From Podarcis bocagei (taxonomy: Eukaryota): 64,000 nucleotides of DNA. A program made the position numbers and the translations under genes. The stretch's first letter is position 1. Every line of letters begins with the position of its first letter. Location of the stretch: NCBI GenBank assembly GCA_964188305.1, contig OZ076892.1; one strand, given 5' to 3'. The notes below the pieces were generated by a model. The model worked only from the letters and a program-made list of their open reading frames with translations. It searched no databases and had not been told where the DNA came from. This document shows, one piece after another, positions 39,401 through 51,520 of this stretch.

Positions 39401-42400
39401 GAATCATTGCGGAGGACCCACAGGAGCAGATAGTGCAAAGTCAGAGTGGTTATAGTGTCAGACTAGGATCCGGGAGAAACCAGGATTTGAATCCCCGCTC
39501 AGCCATGAATTCTATTGGATGACTTTGGGCCAGTCACTGCCTCGCAGCCTCACCTACCTCACAGGGCTGTTGTGAAGATAAAATGCAAAGGAGAAGTGTG
39601 CGCACCACACTGAACTCTTTGCAAAAGAATGGTATATAAATGCAATAATAGTAACAACCTTTTAAAAAAAGTTTTTTAAAAAAGGTTGGCAAATTGTGGG
39701 GGTGGGGTTGAGTTGGGACCCCTCAAAACCTTTTGAGGGTCCAGATGCAGCCCACGTTCTGCAGGGGAGCCTGGTACCCAGGCCAAACAAAGCCCAGAGG
39801 CCCCCTCATGTCCATCTCCTGCAAGAGTAGATGAGATAGATAAGGGGGCACCACCCTACAAGGCTCTCACAGAGAGAGGTCTGGGTGGCCCCAGAATGGC
39901 AACAGCAGACCCTTCCCCTGATGAATACTCACCATCCTCCCCATGATGCCCGTGCCAACCGTCTCGGCCTCCACCTCAGAAACATGCACAGCGAGCTCAG
40001 TCCTGACGTAGAATAGCATCAGGATCCCAACAAGCCGGATAAGCTTTACCTGCATGTTAACCAGGGAAACAAAGACACAGAGGCTATAGAATAACAGGTC
40101 TGTAGAGAAATGACCTCTTGGGGCCATTTAGTTCACACCCCTGCAATGCAGGAATCACAGCTCAGCAATCCCCAACAGATGGCCATCCAACTTCTGCTTA
40201 AAAACCTCCAGTGAAGGAGACTCCACCACCTTACTATCAAAGTCCTTCCTAATGTTTAGTCGAAACCTCCTTTGTTGTCATTTGAGTCCACTGGTTCGTG
40301 TCCTACCCCCTGGAGCAGCAGAAAACAAGTTTTCTCCATGTGACAGCCCTCCAGATATTTGAAGATGGCTCTTATATCACCTCCCAGTCTCCTCTTCTCC
40401 AGGTTAAACATCCTCAACTCTCTCAACTGTTCCTCATCAGGCTTGTTTTCCATGCCCTTTATTGGTTGCCCTTTGCTAACGTTCCAGCTTGCCAATATGC
40501 CAGGTGTGACCTCACTGGCTGCTGCTCACATTGCCCTGGAAGGAAAATGGAATTCCCCGCCCCCCGTCCTTGCAGAAGGCCCCTTTTTGCCTTCCCCATC
40601 ACCTGTGGACTTGGAAAAGGCATGAGCCTCTTTTACAGTCCTTCACAGGGAAGCACGTCCCCTTGTCCCCAACCCCTGCCATTAACCTCTTCTGCAGAAC
40701 ATCCCGCCCCCAAACACACACACAGAGGGCTGCATGAAGGGGCAGAGGAGCCTCAGGGAGAAAGAGGGGGTCACTGGGCCCTCTCAGCAGCTGAAGCCAG
40801 CTCACCTTGGCATACTTGGCCTCCGGGTGAAGGCTCTCGGTCACAGCTTTGAACCATTCCTCTTCTTTTGGCGTGTCATTGAAGAAAAAGGCCTCTTTGC
40901 TCAGGTCAAGCTCCTGGAAGCTGCATTCGAGAGAGCAAACCATGAGCTAGGGGCATACCCTCCCTCCATGGAGAAAAACCCAAGAAGAACCTGCTGGATC
41001 AGGTCAATGGCCCATAGAGTCCCGCATCCTCTTTTCACAGTGGCCAACCAGATGCCCTCATGGAAAGTCCTCAAGCAGGAATAGAGCACAAGAACAGCCC
41101 TCTCTCCTCCTGTGGTTTCCAGCAAATGGTATTCAGAAGTACTGCTGCATCTGACTGTGGAGGCAGAGCCTAGCCATTGTAAGCTAATAGCCATCCATGA
41201 ATTTGTCCAATCCTCTTTTAAAGCAGTCTAGTTGGTGGCCAACACTGCCTCCTGTGGCCACGAGGCACTGCAGGAGCAAGAGACCTCCTCTACCTAGTGA
41301 AGCAGAAAGATGAAGGGTCAATTAAACCAGATGGCATCCAAGTGTTAAGTGCTCACACACGTGTATCCAAGTGGGCAATGCTCATCAAGTGGAGGAGGAG
41401 GAGGAGGAAGACTAGGGCAGGAGGGGATGGCAGGTGCAAATCCCTCCCACCTAGCTCACCAGGTGACCTGAGAGTGAGTCACTGCCTTTCAGGCTCGCCT
41501 ACCTCACATGGCTGATGTATAGACAGAATGAGGAGGGGATGACCCATGCATGTTACTTTCGCTCCTGGAGGAGATAAAAGGTGGACGAGAAACATAACAA
41601 TAAATGGATAAGAAAAACGTACCCCACACAGTAAATGTCTGGGGGCTCAGCATCGTGGCTCAGCCAGGGCTGGAGAGTCTCCTTGGGCGACTGGCCGTTC
41701 ACGTTGTATGTGCCCACGAAAAACCTGTCAAGAAACACACAAAATCTTGCTCCAGATCTTGCCAACAACCTCTGCCCCACCAGCACAGGAGGAGGAGGAA
41801 CCCCACTGCCATTTCTACACCCAGGCCCAGCTGCCCTGGCACCCGAGTGAGAGCCAGCGTAGTGCAATGATTAAAGTGTTGGTCTAGGACCTGGGAAACC
41901 AGGGTTTGAATCGCCTCTCAGCTATGAAACTGAGCCCTTGGGGGCCAGTCACTGCTTCTCAGCAAACCCTACCTCACAAGGTCGTTGTGGGGGTTAAATG
42001 AGGAAGGGGAGAAACATGCACCTATGCCACCTTGAACTCACCGGAGAAAAAGGTGGAATATGAATGCAATAAATAAATAAAATTAGTAGGCAAATAGCCA
42101 AGGGGCTTGTGCATTTGTGGTGGAAAAGGCTCAGGGTCATTCCCCCTGGGGGAAGTGTGAAGCTGCCTTTGCCACACAGACACCCGGCATTGCTCTCTCA
42201 GAATCACCCTTACTTGAAGTCCTGGAGGTATGTGTACTCGTCCTCCTTCTGCAGGAGCTGAGACTTGATGATGGTGTCTCTCAGCCCAAAGGTCTGCATG
42301 GACAAGCCCCGCATCTCCTCTGACACCAGCACACTGGAGGACCGGACCATCTCGCTGGTGATGTCATTCTTGGGCTTGTTGGGCCTGGAAATGAGAGGAA

Positions 42401-45400
42401 AGGGCAGAGGGAGGGAGGAAGATTGGGGAGGGGGGCAGGGGTTGGTTTATTTCAGGTGTTGTTGCTATCGGCAGAAAGCAAAGCGGAGCCAGGAGCCCCA
42501 CGCTGGCACAAGGAGGGCCAAGGTGGGGCTGCAACACCACCCCACATGCCTCCCCCTCACTGCCTTGAGTCAGTGCCAGGAGGAAAAACCCACTTTGTTC
42601 TACACTTACAAGTGTTGCATCCTCAGGACCACTGCCCCCCTTACAGGCCTGCAAGAGGAAAGGCGAGGACTGCCCCCCCCTTAGATACAGGGTCTTATCT
42701 GGCACTTTGGAGTGGCCCAGCTGTGGGCCCAATCCAATTTGGGAGCCTTGCACAAGCACACGGTAGGGGTTGTCCTTTGCTTCCAAATTGCTATAGTACA
42801 CGTCAGGCAGGTTACTCTTTAAAACAGTGGTTCCCAAAGTGGTGCCCTCTGAGGGGCTGTGGGATTCCCTGCGTAGGGGGTGCTAAGAGGCGGGGGGGGG
42901 AGAGATTTGAAGGCCTCGGATATAAGATCACCAGGTTAATGTGCCAGACTAATGGGATAAAAAGGACTGACAATCCCGGGACCGGGGGGAGGGGACGCTG
43001 GAAGAAGATTGGATTGCTTTTATTCTCTTTTTTTATCATCAGAAATGTTTTATGAACGTTGGAAAAATGTTGAAATGAAATTACTTGGCTCTTGTAAAAA
43101 TGTTTAAAGAATTAGGTAAAAAGGTAATGGTTATGAGAAGCTGGTAAAAATAAGATTTAAGTCTTAAGTTTCAAGGTTTTTTATAAGATAAGATGAAAAT
43201 AGAGTAAGGTAATGTAATGACAGAATATTATGAATTATGGAAAGGATTTGCTGTGACAATAATCAAGATACAAGAGATACAAGAGGAGGAGGTCATGGAC
43301 AGAAGGTAATGAAAGTGGAGAATTTGAAAATGATGGTTTTATTTTTTCTTTTTCTTTTTCTGTCTTTTTTCTTTGTAATTTTGTCTTTTTTCTTTGTAAT
43401 TTTAAAAAATTCTTTTTTCAATAAATATCATTATAAAAAAAAGAGGCAGGGGGAAGTGCTGCAGGTGCAAATGACTATCAGACTTAGAAAAGTTGGTAAC
43501 ACTAGATAAAGTTCATTCATTTTGTTGAATTAAACCAATTAGTTCTACAGTGTTACCTCGGGTTAAGTACTTAATTCGTTCCGGAGGTCCGTTCTTAAAC
43601 TGAAACTGTTCTTAACCTGAAGCACCACTTTAGCTAATGGGGCCTCCTGCTGCTGCCGCGCCGCCAGAGCACGATTTCTGTTCTCATCCTGAAGCAAAGT
43701 TCTTAACCCAAGGTAATATTTCTGGGTCAGCAGAGTCTGTAACTTGAAGCATATGTAACCCGAGGTACCACTGTAATTGGATTATGAATAAATATGCAAT
43801 TGTTACTGTGTGCTATTATTATGTTATTATCTTCCTTAGTGGGTCATGCAAACCACTATTCTGAATAATGCCTTTTATAGAACCAAGGGCCCAGTGGCCA
43901 GATAAGGTTTGGGAACCACTGCTATAAAGAGAGAGGGAAGGGATAGTAAAAGAAATTTCAGGGAGGTTCTGCTCCTGTTAACTTTTGGAAGTCTGCCTGA
44001 GAAAAAGACACCCTCTGAACCGCAATCCAAGCCTGTCAACCCCAGAAGCAAAAGGCACAGAGGCACTCTGACCCCATTACGTTACATGTTTCCAAGGCTG
44101 GCTGTGGCTGTCATGTTCAACTTACTTGGGAACAGCAGCAGCAGGACTGGCACCACTTGTGCTGCCCATCTGGTTCATAGCTGGTGGCTGTTTCCCTTTC
44201 TGCTTTGGGTCCTCATTCCCAGCAACTCCTAGAAGCAAAAGGAAGCCCATGAAAGCTGTCTGTCTCTGACCAGTGCCTGGGAAATCTCAGCCTGCCCAAG
44301 GCTGACTCTCAGAGAAGGAGGAGGCTCCTCCTTATCTCGGCTTCACCATTCCTTGGGGTGGGGGGAAGGGCAGGCTGCCAGAATGCTGCGCTCCTCACAG
44401 TTGGTCTCAGGGATGGCCAAGCGGAAAAAGATGAACATAGCAAGAGGGAGAACTTGGGAGGAAAGCGAGCAAGCTGCCTTTTAGCACAGATCAGAGCCAC
44501 AGGCCACAATGAGAGCAGAAGAAGCGAGCCCTGTGGGCTAGGGAAGAGGATTCAGCATAGCCAATGGCAGCCTCCCAGATCCAAATTCCCGCTCCTGCCT
44601 TCTCCAAGGGATTAATGTTCTGGTCCTACACAAACGCCACCTTTTCTCTGCCACCCCTTACTAGTCTGAAAAGCAGGTAGCAGGACAATCACGTGCCCCA
44701 GAGGAACAACAATGTCATCTGCGCTTCACGTTACTGTTTTTTTAGACTACTTAATTACAAGTGGTCTTTGACTTCACCTGCAAAAGCACACCCCTCCATC
44801 AGCTCCTGAGACAGACAGCTGCCAACGGTGTTATTAGCAGATTATCCGAATGCCAATGGTGTTATTAGCAGTTTTTCACATTATGTTTCTTCCAGGCCAG
44901 AAGTAGAGTATTAAAATCACGGGGTGCAGGCAAAGCTGCCCATTTTGCAACCCTCTCTGCACCAGATAAGCCTGCCTGAGCAAAGCCAGAAACATCTAAA
45001 GTGATTCAGCAGCATGGAGCGGGGGAGGTTGAGTCCACAAATAGCACACGGACACACCAATCACTCACAATCTCTTACATTCCTAGATACTGAGCTTTTG
45101 ATGGTGCTGTATTTTTGTTTTAAGTCACATTTCAAAGCTCAAGGAACCAATGGATCCACATACTGGGGAGGGGGGGTCTTCCAGGGTACTGAAAAAGAAG
45201 TGCAACCACAGTCACAATTTAGCAAACCTTCAAACTTCAAAAGTTTGAATATTTGAAACTGAGTTCTGATTAATACTTTAGGAACCCTGGACATTTTTAA
45301 ACAGCAGGTTAAGCTCCCTCCTAAAGCCCAACATCCCAGTGTTCAAAATGAGGAATACTGTCTGCAAAGAATTTTCTTTCGGTAGACTACGAGTCAAGTG

Positions 45401-48400
45401 TTTGTGAGTAAGCTCCACTTTCAACATCTCTATATTCTTTTGGCTGAAAACGGCAACATCCGCTCCTCTTGGTAATCCACTTTTTGCAGGATGACGAAAG
45501 GAAGAGGCACTGGGGTGGAGGGAGAGAAACCAGCCGAACTTCTCTGAGGCCAGAAGCAGCCCAACCGCTGCTGCCCTCGCAGACAAGTCCAGGCCAGGCA
45601 AGAGCATCGGATGGGGTGGGGGATTGCACCACCCCCACCCACCAGGAAAGCCTGAAGCCAGCCGTGCCTGGGACTGGGGAAAAGAGCCTTGAAATTGCAA
45701 CATTACAGAGCTTCCTGCCTCCACATGGAGCATCGCCAGGCAGCAGGTGGGGGCTGCTTGGGCAGAGAAGGAAAGTGTTGGAGGGGGGATCCCTTAGCCC
45801 TGAAGCCCACCGCGCCCAGAGAGCATTTTCCCCGCAGTCAGAATGGGCTCCCAGCCAGGAACCAGCAGGTGCTGCTGCTGCTGCTGCAGGAGCAACCAGG
45901 GACCCGAGACGAGCGGGCGGCTGCCTGCCGCCAAAGGATTTCCTGCCGCCGGGCCAACGGATCTCTCCCGACTCCTCCCTGCAGAGGAGCCCGGCTCTCT
46001 CCATCCCTCCAGGCAGGGCAAAAGCCGCTTTGGGTGTGTGGAAAATGCAGCCAAAGTACAAGGGCGAAATCCTCCTCCTCCTCCTTCCTGCCTGCGCGGA
46101 AGAAGCGCCAGCCGAGGAAAAGGCGGGTAGCTCGGAGCAGCAGGAAGAGGGCGCGCCTCGGGGCTGCCCCCGCCCAGCCAGCACCTGCAAGGCTGGCCTA
46201 GGGCTGCAGCGCGCGTCGGGGAAGGAGCCCAGCATCTTCCTTCCCTTAACCGGGCTCTAGTATGGGCGGGACCTGCTGCCGCCTCTCCAGGCGATGCAAG
46301 TGGCGGCGGCCCTGCTTCCCTCACAACGGCCCTGCGAGGTAGGGCACAGTCTGGAGAACCCCCCGCTCCAAGGAGCTTCCCGCCAGTAGGCTAGCCAGCC
46401 GGCCGACCGGCCGGGCACCACAGGCAACGGCGGGTCATCTTTTCCTCCCGAGTCGCGATCAAGCGCCTAGTCCTCAGCGCGCGCCTCTTCCTACCTGCGC
46501 GCCGCCGCCAAGAAGCGCACATCGCCCGGTCTGAATCCCAGGAGCAGCTGCCCACCAGGCCACACCCTTCGCTCGGCTCAGCCAATCACAGTGGGGTTCG
46601 CCTCCAGAAACGCCCCCGCCCGAGGGTGGAGCGGATCCAGATCAGCCCAGCGGAGCTCAGCAGCGCCCCCACAGGAGGGATGGCAAGATGCGGACTCCCT
46701 CGCCGCGCGCTACCGCGGCTAAAAATACCTTGATTCATCGTTGATGGTCATGACCATCACAATGAGCATTTTCTCGCATTGCAGGCGGACCGGGCCCCTC
46801 ATGCTTTGGGAAGCTCCGTGTGCGCTGACGACCCGCCATACATAATACTGGTCGTGCCAGCAGCTCTACTCCCGCGTCTATCCCGCTGGCAGAACATTAA
46901 GGGGCGAGGGGAGAAAGGCTAAAAGAGTCCGATCAAGTGCGCTTGAGCTTCACCGCAGTTGGGAGTGACAAGGCTAAGGTTTTTGGGAAAGTAGGGGTGG
47001 GGGAGAGAGATTGATGGATGTGGGAGAGGAAAGTGGCAGCCCCTTGGACTTCTGGGCAGGAAAGGTGGCAGTCACTTAAGTTCAAGGTTAAGTTCTATGG
47101 GTTATTATTAGGATATAAGGCCCTTAACACATTGGGACCAGTTTACCTATGAGATTGCCTTACCTCCTGTTCACCCACTCAACCGCTCCAATCTGCAGAA
47201 CTGGCACTATTACAGATGCCTCATAATAATACCCATTCCACATCTGTAAGAATTCAACATTTTAGTTTGGCAGCACCTACACTCTGGAACTCGCTGCCTA
47301 TGGATATCAGGCAGGCGCCTTCACCCTACTATTTTCAGCACCTACTAAAAACATTTCTATTTAGACTAGCCTACCCAGATATTTATGAAGCTGGTGTGAG
47401 TTTGAATATGTTTTTGTTTATAGTTATTTTTACTTCTATTAAGTCTTAAATTATTGTTGTTATTGCTTCCTATTTATAATATTATCCAGGGTTGGTGTTT
47501 TTTTTTTTTTGTAAACGGCTTTTAGGTTGTTTGCAATCAAGCAGTGTGTAAATTTTATGAAATTAATAAATTAGGTAGAAGGAGGGCCCCACTAATTGAA
47601 GGGGGGGTAGAATGACCCACTGTGCTGCACTGAGATATATTTCGGAGGCTCTCTTTCTGGTTAGTCTTTCCACTCAACTACAAGAGCACATAGGCAGAAT
47701 TTGGATTCTTCCTTCTTGTTGTCTTAACTGTCTGCTGCTGTCTTGTTGCCATCCTGCCCTAGAGTGGCACCGGAGAGGGGGTCTTGCATCTGGTGGAGGC
47801 CCCATTGCACTAGCAAGCAAGCACCGGATCTGTCCCACCATAACAAATGCATCTTGCTCACTTGCTCTCTCCAGGTCATCCTCTCACAGGCAGAGAATTT
47901 AATTGTTTATTTTATATTCTGATTTATACTCCCAGTGCAGGACCCATGGCGGCTCACAGCATAAATTAAAACATATATGGTATAACTAAGCACAAACAAT
48001 CACTACAAACATTAAAAACTAATCCTATTACAAACAGCACTGAAACCATTTAAAACTGCACAAACACGCACCACCACCTCTCGGAAACCCTACCACAACA
48101 GCCAGTTAATGGCCAAAGGCCTGTCAAAACAAAAAAGTTTTTGACTGCTGGCTAAAGGAAAGCTAACCTCTTGTGGAAGGGAGTTCCACCATCTGGGAGC
48201 AACCACGAAGAAGGCCCTTTCTCGTGTCCTCACCAAGCATGCCTGTGAAAGTTGTGAGACTGAGAGAAAGGCCTTCCTAGGAGATCTCAAAGCCCAGGCA
48301 GGCTAATTTGGGGAGATTCAATCCTCCAGATAGTCTGGACATATAAGGTTTTATGGTCACAACCAGCATTTTGAACTGCAAACAACCAGGCAGCCTTGTA

Positions 48401-50925
48401 ACAACAGTGGAGCTGTTGTAACAAGGAGGATCCAAGCTACGTCCTTGCCAGCATCAGGGACCAGGATACTTCTGTCTGTTCCTCAGTGGGTTGTTAGACT
48501 ACTTGCACAACGTAGGCTCCTCTAACCTTGCCAAACTCTGTGACCAAGGGAAGCCCAGGGCTTGGAAGCCCAGACCATATTTCTTATCATGAAATGCTGC
48601 ACTGAACCGCATCAGTGACAATCAAGTATATGGTGGTTTGAAGCCTTTTAAAGAATTGGTCACTGTGGCAAGCTCCCATACAAACCTCAGGACTTCAACA
48701 CTGACCCCCACTCCAGTCCTTTGCAAAATTAAATGTAGCCCAAACTTCGAGGCCTTCCCATGAGTAACAGAGTATCGTACCTGCTGGGCTGCAGCGCTTC
48801 CTGACCTCTGTCAAGAAAGTCTGTGTCTGGGAACCAAAAGGCAGCTGCACTAGCAAGTTGGCATCGCTTGAGATGATCTGGACAGTGACATCAGAGCCTA
48901 TAGGAGAAGGAGAGAGGAGAGCAGCATGAACAACTTTGTGGGCTGACCTTGGGAGAAGCATTTCTGGAGAATAAGCTTCAGGAGCACTCCTATTGCTGCC
49001 CTACCTTGCAGCAGCATGGACAAACCTGGGCACAGCTAAAGCTACCCAGAAGCCAATGGCTGCATCATTCTCGTTCTCCATAAGCGACCATGGAAATATC
49101 TGTATTGAAGGGCACCATGCACACTTATAAAATGAACAATATACATATGGACGCAGCAGTGGGGATCTGTGGCAGCACCTTCAGGCAAAGCTCCACATGT
49201 GTGCCTAGTACACAAAAACAAGGCAAGTTTTAATCTTTCAAAAAGCAATATTTCAGCTTTGGCTTTGAAGTGTGTGGTTGGTGAAGTTTCAGAATTCAGA
49301 GAGAGTGGGGCTGGGCACCCAAGATTTGCTCTGTGGGCTGCAGGAGCTGCTCTGGGAGGGTGGCAGGAGGCGGGAAGGGAGAGAGAAATTAAATAAGACA
49401 CAAAGACTTAGTGGAAGCAGAACGAAGCAAGCAGAGGAGCTCATCTCAGTGGGAACTGGCTGGCTTGGGCCTGTGTTTTGCCCAGTCAGTGAATGCTGTA
49501 GCATTTCCCAGGTACAACAGTTTGGTTATTTGTGTAGTGTGGAGAACAATCCATGGCCCCGTTGGTGCTGCTCACAGCTCTGCTTGCCAGGGAGGGAGTG
49601 AAGCAATCCAAGAAGTGAAGGGCAGGCACCATCACACTTCTGGGGAATCATTGTTTACAAAAACCACAGCAGATGCTTACCTACAATGTGCAGGTCATTC
49701 TCCCCGGCGACTGTCAAAGGAGAAATTATTTTTATTATTTTAGTTATTTATTTGTATCCTGCCTTCTTCCTAGCCCAGGACTCAAGGTGGCTTGCACAAA
49801 TTAAAGCAACACAGATAAAATACAGAAAGCTAAAAACATACAAACAATAGTTTAAAAGCTGCCTGGCTGGTGGCTGGTGCAAATGCCACCAAAGAGGTTA
49901 CCCTAAGCTCTCCCTACCCACACCGACCATGCTACAAAGGCCTGGTCAATGATCATTATCTGGGGGTGGGGGTAGCCAAGGGACAGAAACACGGGTGACA
50001 ACCTTCCCCAAACAGTACCCCCACCCCCACCACCTGATTCTTTTGGGGGTCATTTGTCTTGGATTCCTCCTACTCAAGTGGTTCAACGAGAATCATTTCA
50101 AGTGCCCCGAGTCGCGCGGGGGGGGGGGGGAGAGAGGAGGCAGCGGAGCCTTTCCTGCAGAGGAATGTGGCAACGAAGTCAATAAGCCAGAAAGGAGAGC
50201 TAGCCCTCACCTTCTTCCACGGCAAAGCCTTCCTGCAGGAGCAGGACCTTGTCCAGGCGCACGTCGTCGGCGGTGATGGCCATGCGCCGGTGGCTGTACA
50301 GGCAGATCCTGCGGAGACAGAGCCGGGAGACCCCGCGCCCACCCCATCAGAGACCAGGATCGTGGCCCCAGCACCTCGCCCACCACGTCTCAGCACCCCG
50401 GAGACGCTGCTGTCCCAAGCCCGCTCCTCCCTCCGTGCTCTCCGCAGCCCACTTCCCCCGGCCCCCTTCTGGGATCCCCAGCGCCCCCTTCGGCTCGCTC
50501 CCGGGAACCTGCTCCTCTCCGGGGCCGCGCGAGACGGAGGAGCTGGGAAAGGAGGAGCAGCAGCCGCAGCCGCAGCCGCACGGAGGGGCGGGGAGGAAGG
50601 AAGAGACCCGCCTCCTCCATTCCACGCCCGGCTCCTGCCCTCACCTGTCTCACCTGTCCCACCTGCCGGGCGCGGCGGACTTACATGGCTTTGCCGTGGC
50701 TCTCCACCAGGCCCAGCAGCCGACTCTCCCCGCCAGCCAGGAGCCCCTGCACCGCCTGCAGCCGGAGGTCAAGGAAGGGGCCGGAAAGTGCCGGAGTGGC
50801 GAGCGACCCCCGCCCCACCCTGCCCGTTCTCCCGCTGGGTCCTTCCCGGGGCGGCCCCCAAAGGATACGACCAGGCAGGTCTCCCCTGCCGAGAGCGCTT
50901 CCTGGATGGGCACCGACTGATCCAT
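30418..50925 (-). CDS. INPP5B: Type II inositol polyphosphate 5-phosphatase (PH, 5-phosphatase, ASH and RhoGAP-like domains), 22 coding exons found, ~867 aa
   Basis: Exons 50925-50869, 50755-50685, 50308-50211, 49710-49681, 48897-48781, 44228-44126, 42384-42214, 41724-41623, 40920-40806, 40049-39933, 39120-38933, 37920-37809, 37291-37182, 35571-35436, 34839-34729, 34083-33921, 32936-32701, 32353-32237, 31893-31809, 31254-31127, 31015-30904, 30542-30418 (2604 nt, in frame). Starts MDQSVPIQE; catalytic motifs WLGDLNYR and PAWCDRILW, also GNKGGVAIR and SDHKPV; located next to MTF1. Confidence 0.95.
31255..31808 (-). other. U12-type (minor spliceosome) GT-AG intron of INPP5B
   Basis: Donor GTATCCTTG; branch site TTCCTTAAAC (31267-31276) about 12 nt from the 3' end; no polypyrimidine tract. 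Confidence 0.8.
32381..32545 (+). mobile_element. tRNA-derived SINE (second family); reverse-strand copy at ~61895-62050
   Basis: A-box-like CTCAGTGGTAGAGCA head and body GCCAGTCAGTGTGAACAGT; the reverse copy shares these motifs. Confidence 0.55.
33184..33413 (+). mobile_element. tRNA-headed SINE
   Basis: A box (TGGTGTAATGG) and B box (GGTTTGAATC), CCTCACAGGGTTG core, (AAAT)n tail; paralogous copies at ~39438-39650 and ~41850-42083. Confidence 0.7.
34140..34516 (+). mobile_element. CR1 LINE 3' fragment
   Basis: LEKR.LRGD...FKYL-type CR1 ORF2 tail and CR1 3' end GAGGTCCCTTC...ATTCTATGA. Confidence 0.75.
36554..36779. mobile_element. 226-bp Tc1/mariner-type MITE (copy 1)
   Basis: TA|CAGTGGTACCT...AGGTACCACTG|TA; highly similar to 43548-43773. 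Confidence 0.88.
39438..39650 (+). mobile_element. tRNA-headed SINE
   Basis: Paralogous to 33184-33413. Confidence 0.6.
40085..40460 (-). mobile_element. CR1 LINE 3' fragment
   Basis: ORF 40256-40495 [37 protein letters not shown] is the CR1 ORF2 C-terminus. Confidence 0.8.
41850..42083 (+). mobile_element. tRNA-headed SINE
   Basis: Paralogous to 33184-33413; A/B boxes and AATAAATAAA tail. Confidence 0.65.
42825..43921. mobile_element. hAT-type MITE carrying a nested L1 3' fragment and a mariner MITE
   Basis: TIRs CAGTGGTTCCCAAA ... TTTGGGAACCACTG; degenerate 8-bp TSD CTTTAAAA/CTATAAAG; L1-like tail at ~42900-43442. Confidence 0.65.
43548..43773. mobile_element. 226-bp Tc1/mariner-type MITE (copy 2)
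   Basis: TA|CAGTGTTACCTCGGGTTA...TAACCCGAGGTACCACTG|TA; same length and family as 36554-36779. Confidence 0.88.
45850..46900. promoter_or_regulatory. Intragenic CpG island in INPP5B; probable internal promoter
   Basis: CpG-dense island in an intron; CCAAT at 46582-46586, GC boxes near 46613 and 46264, minus-strand donor CAG|GTAGGA at 46494. Confidence 0.7.
46495..46522 (-). CDS. INPP5B: Putative alternative first coding exon of a short INPP5B isoform ([10 protein letters not shown])
   Basis: ATG at 46522; 28 nt to a phase-1 donor that joins the phase-1 exon at 44228 in frame. Confidence 0.5.
47110..47400 (+). mobile_element. Degenerate L2-like LINE fragment
   Basis: [13 protein letters not shown]...[10 protein letters not shown] motif; a similar minus-strand fragment lies at ~48090-48400. 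Confidence 0.65.
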
Positions 50926-51520
50926 CCTGCGCGGACTGCGGAGCAGGCAGCACTCCCTGCTGCTGCTGCAGGAGAGAGAGGGTCACCCGGACCCGGCCGG
51001 CAGCCCCCGCCGCAACCGGGGAGCGTCAGGAACCGAGCCGAGGAGGAAGCGGCGGCGCTGGAGCCTGCAGGCCTCTTTCCTTGAGCACGGCGGGGCGGGG
51101 GGAGTAGACGGGTCCCGCCTCCGGCCTGGCCGCGGCTGCCTTGGCGGCTCCGGCCTCCCGGGCGGGTGCAGGAAGGCGAGAGGAGGAGGCCGCCGACGCA
51201 TGGGCTCTCCCAGGCCCCGACGAGGCGCGGGAAGGGCGGCTCCGGGCTCCTGCCACCGGCCTTCCCCCCACGGAGCGGCTACTGCCCGGGCTGCAAACCC
51301 TTTCCTTGCTCGACAGCCACGCCGAAGCTAGACACCCACCCTGCTGCCAGTTGAGCAAGGCAGCGCAGCTTGCCAGGCTGCCTCTTCCATAAAATGATGC
51401 TGCCAGCTCCCCCTGGAAGATGCAGCCCCCCCCCCTCAGGACGTAGTGTGGCCGCCTGAGAAGGCCCAGGACGGCAGGCGACCTCGGAAAAGCAAGGAGG
51501 CGCCCAGGGCCAGACCCCCT
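50100..51520. promoter_or_regulatory. CpG island / main promoter of INPP5B
   Basis: GC/CpG-rich region spanning the first coding exons and their upstream flank. Confidence 0.75.
50756..50868 (-). other. U12-type GT-AG intron of INPP5B (first coding intron, 113 nt)
   Basis: Donor GTATCCTTTG; branch site TTCCTTGAC (50768-50776) about 12 nt from the 3' end. Confidence 0.85.

Noticed and set aside
45387-46324. Overlapping 170-282 aa ORFs on both strands
   Set aside because: GC-rich CpG-island sequence with few stop codons, no recognisable domain, and no splice context that fits INPP5B.
50059-51084. 341-aa plus-strand Pro/Ala/Gly-rich ORF
   Set aside because: Antisense to INPP5B exons inside a CpG island; low complexity.
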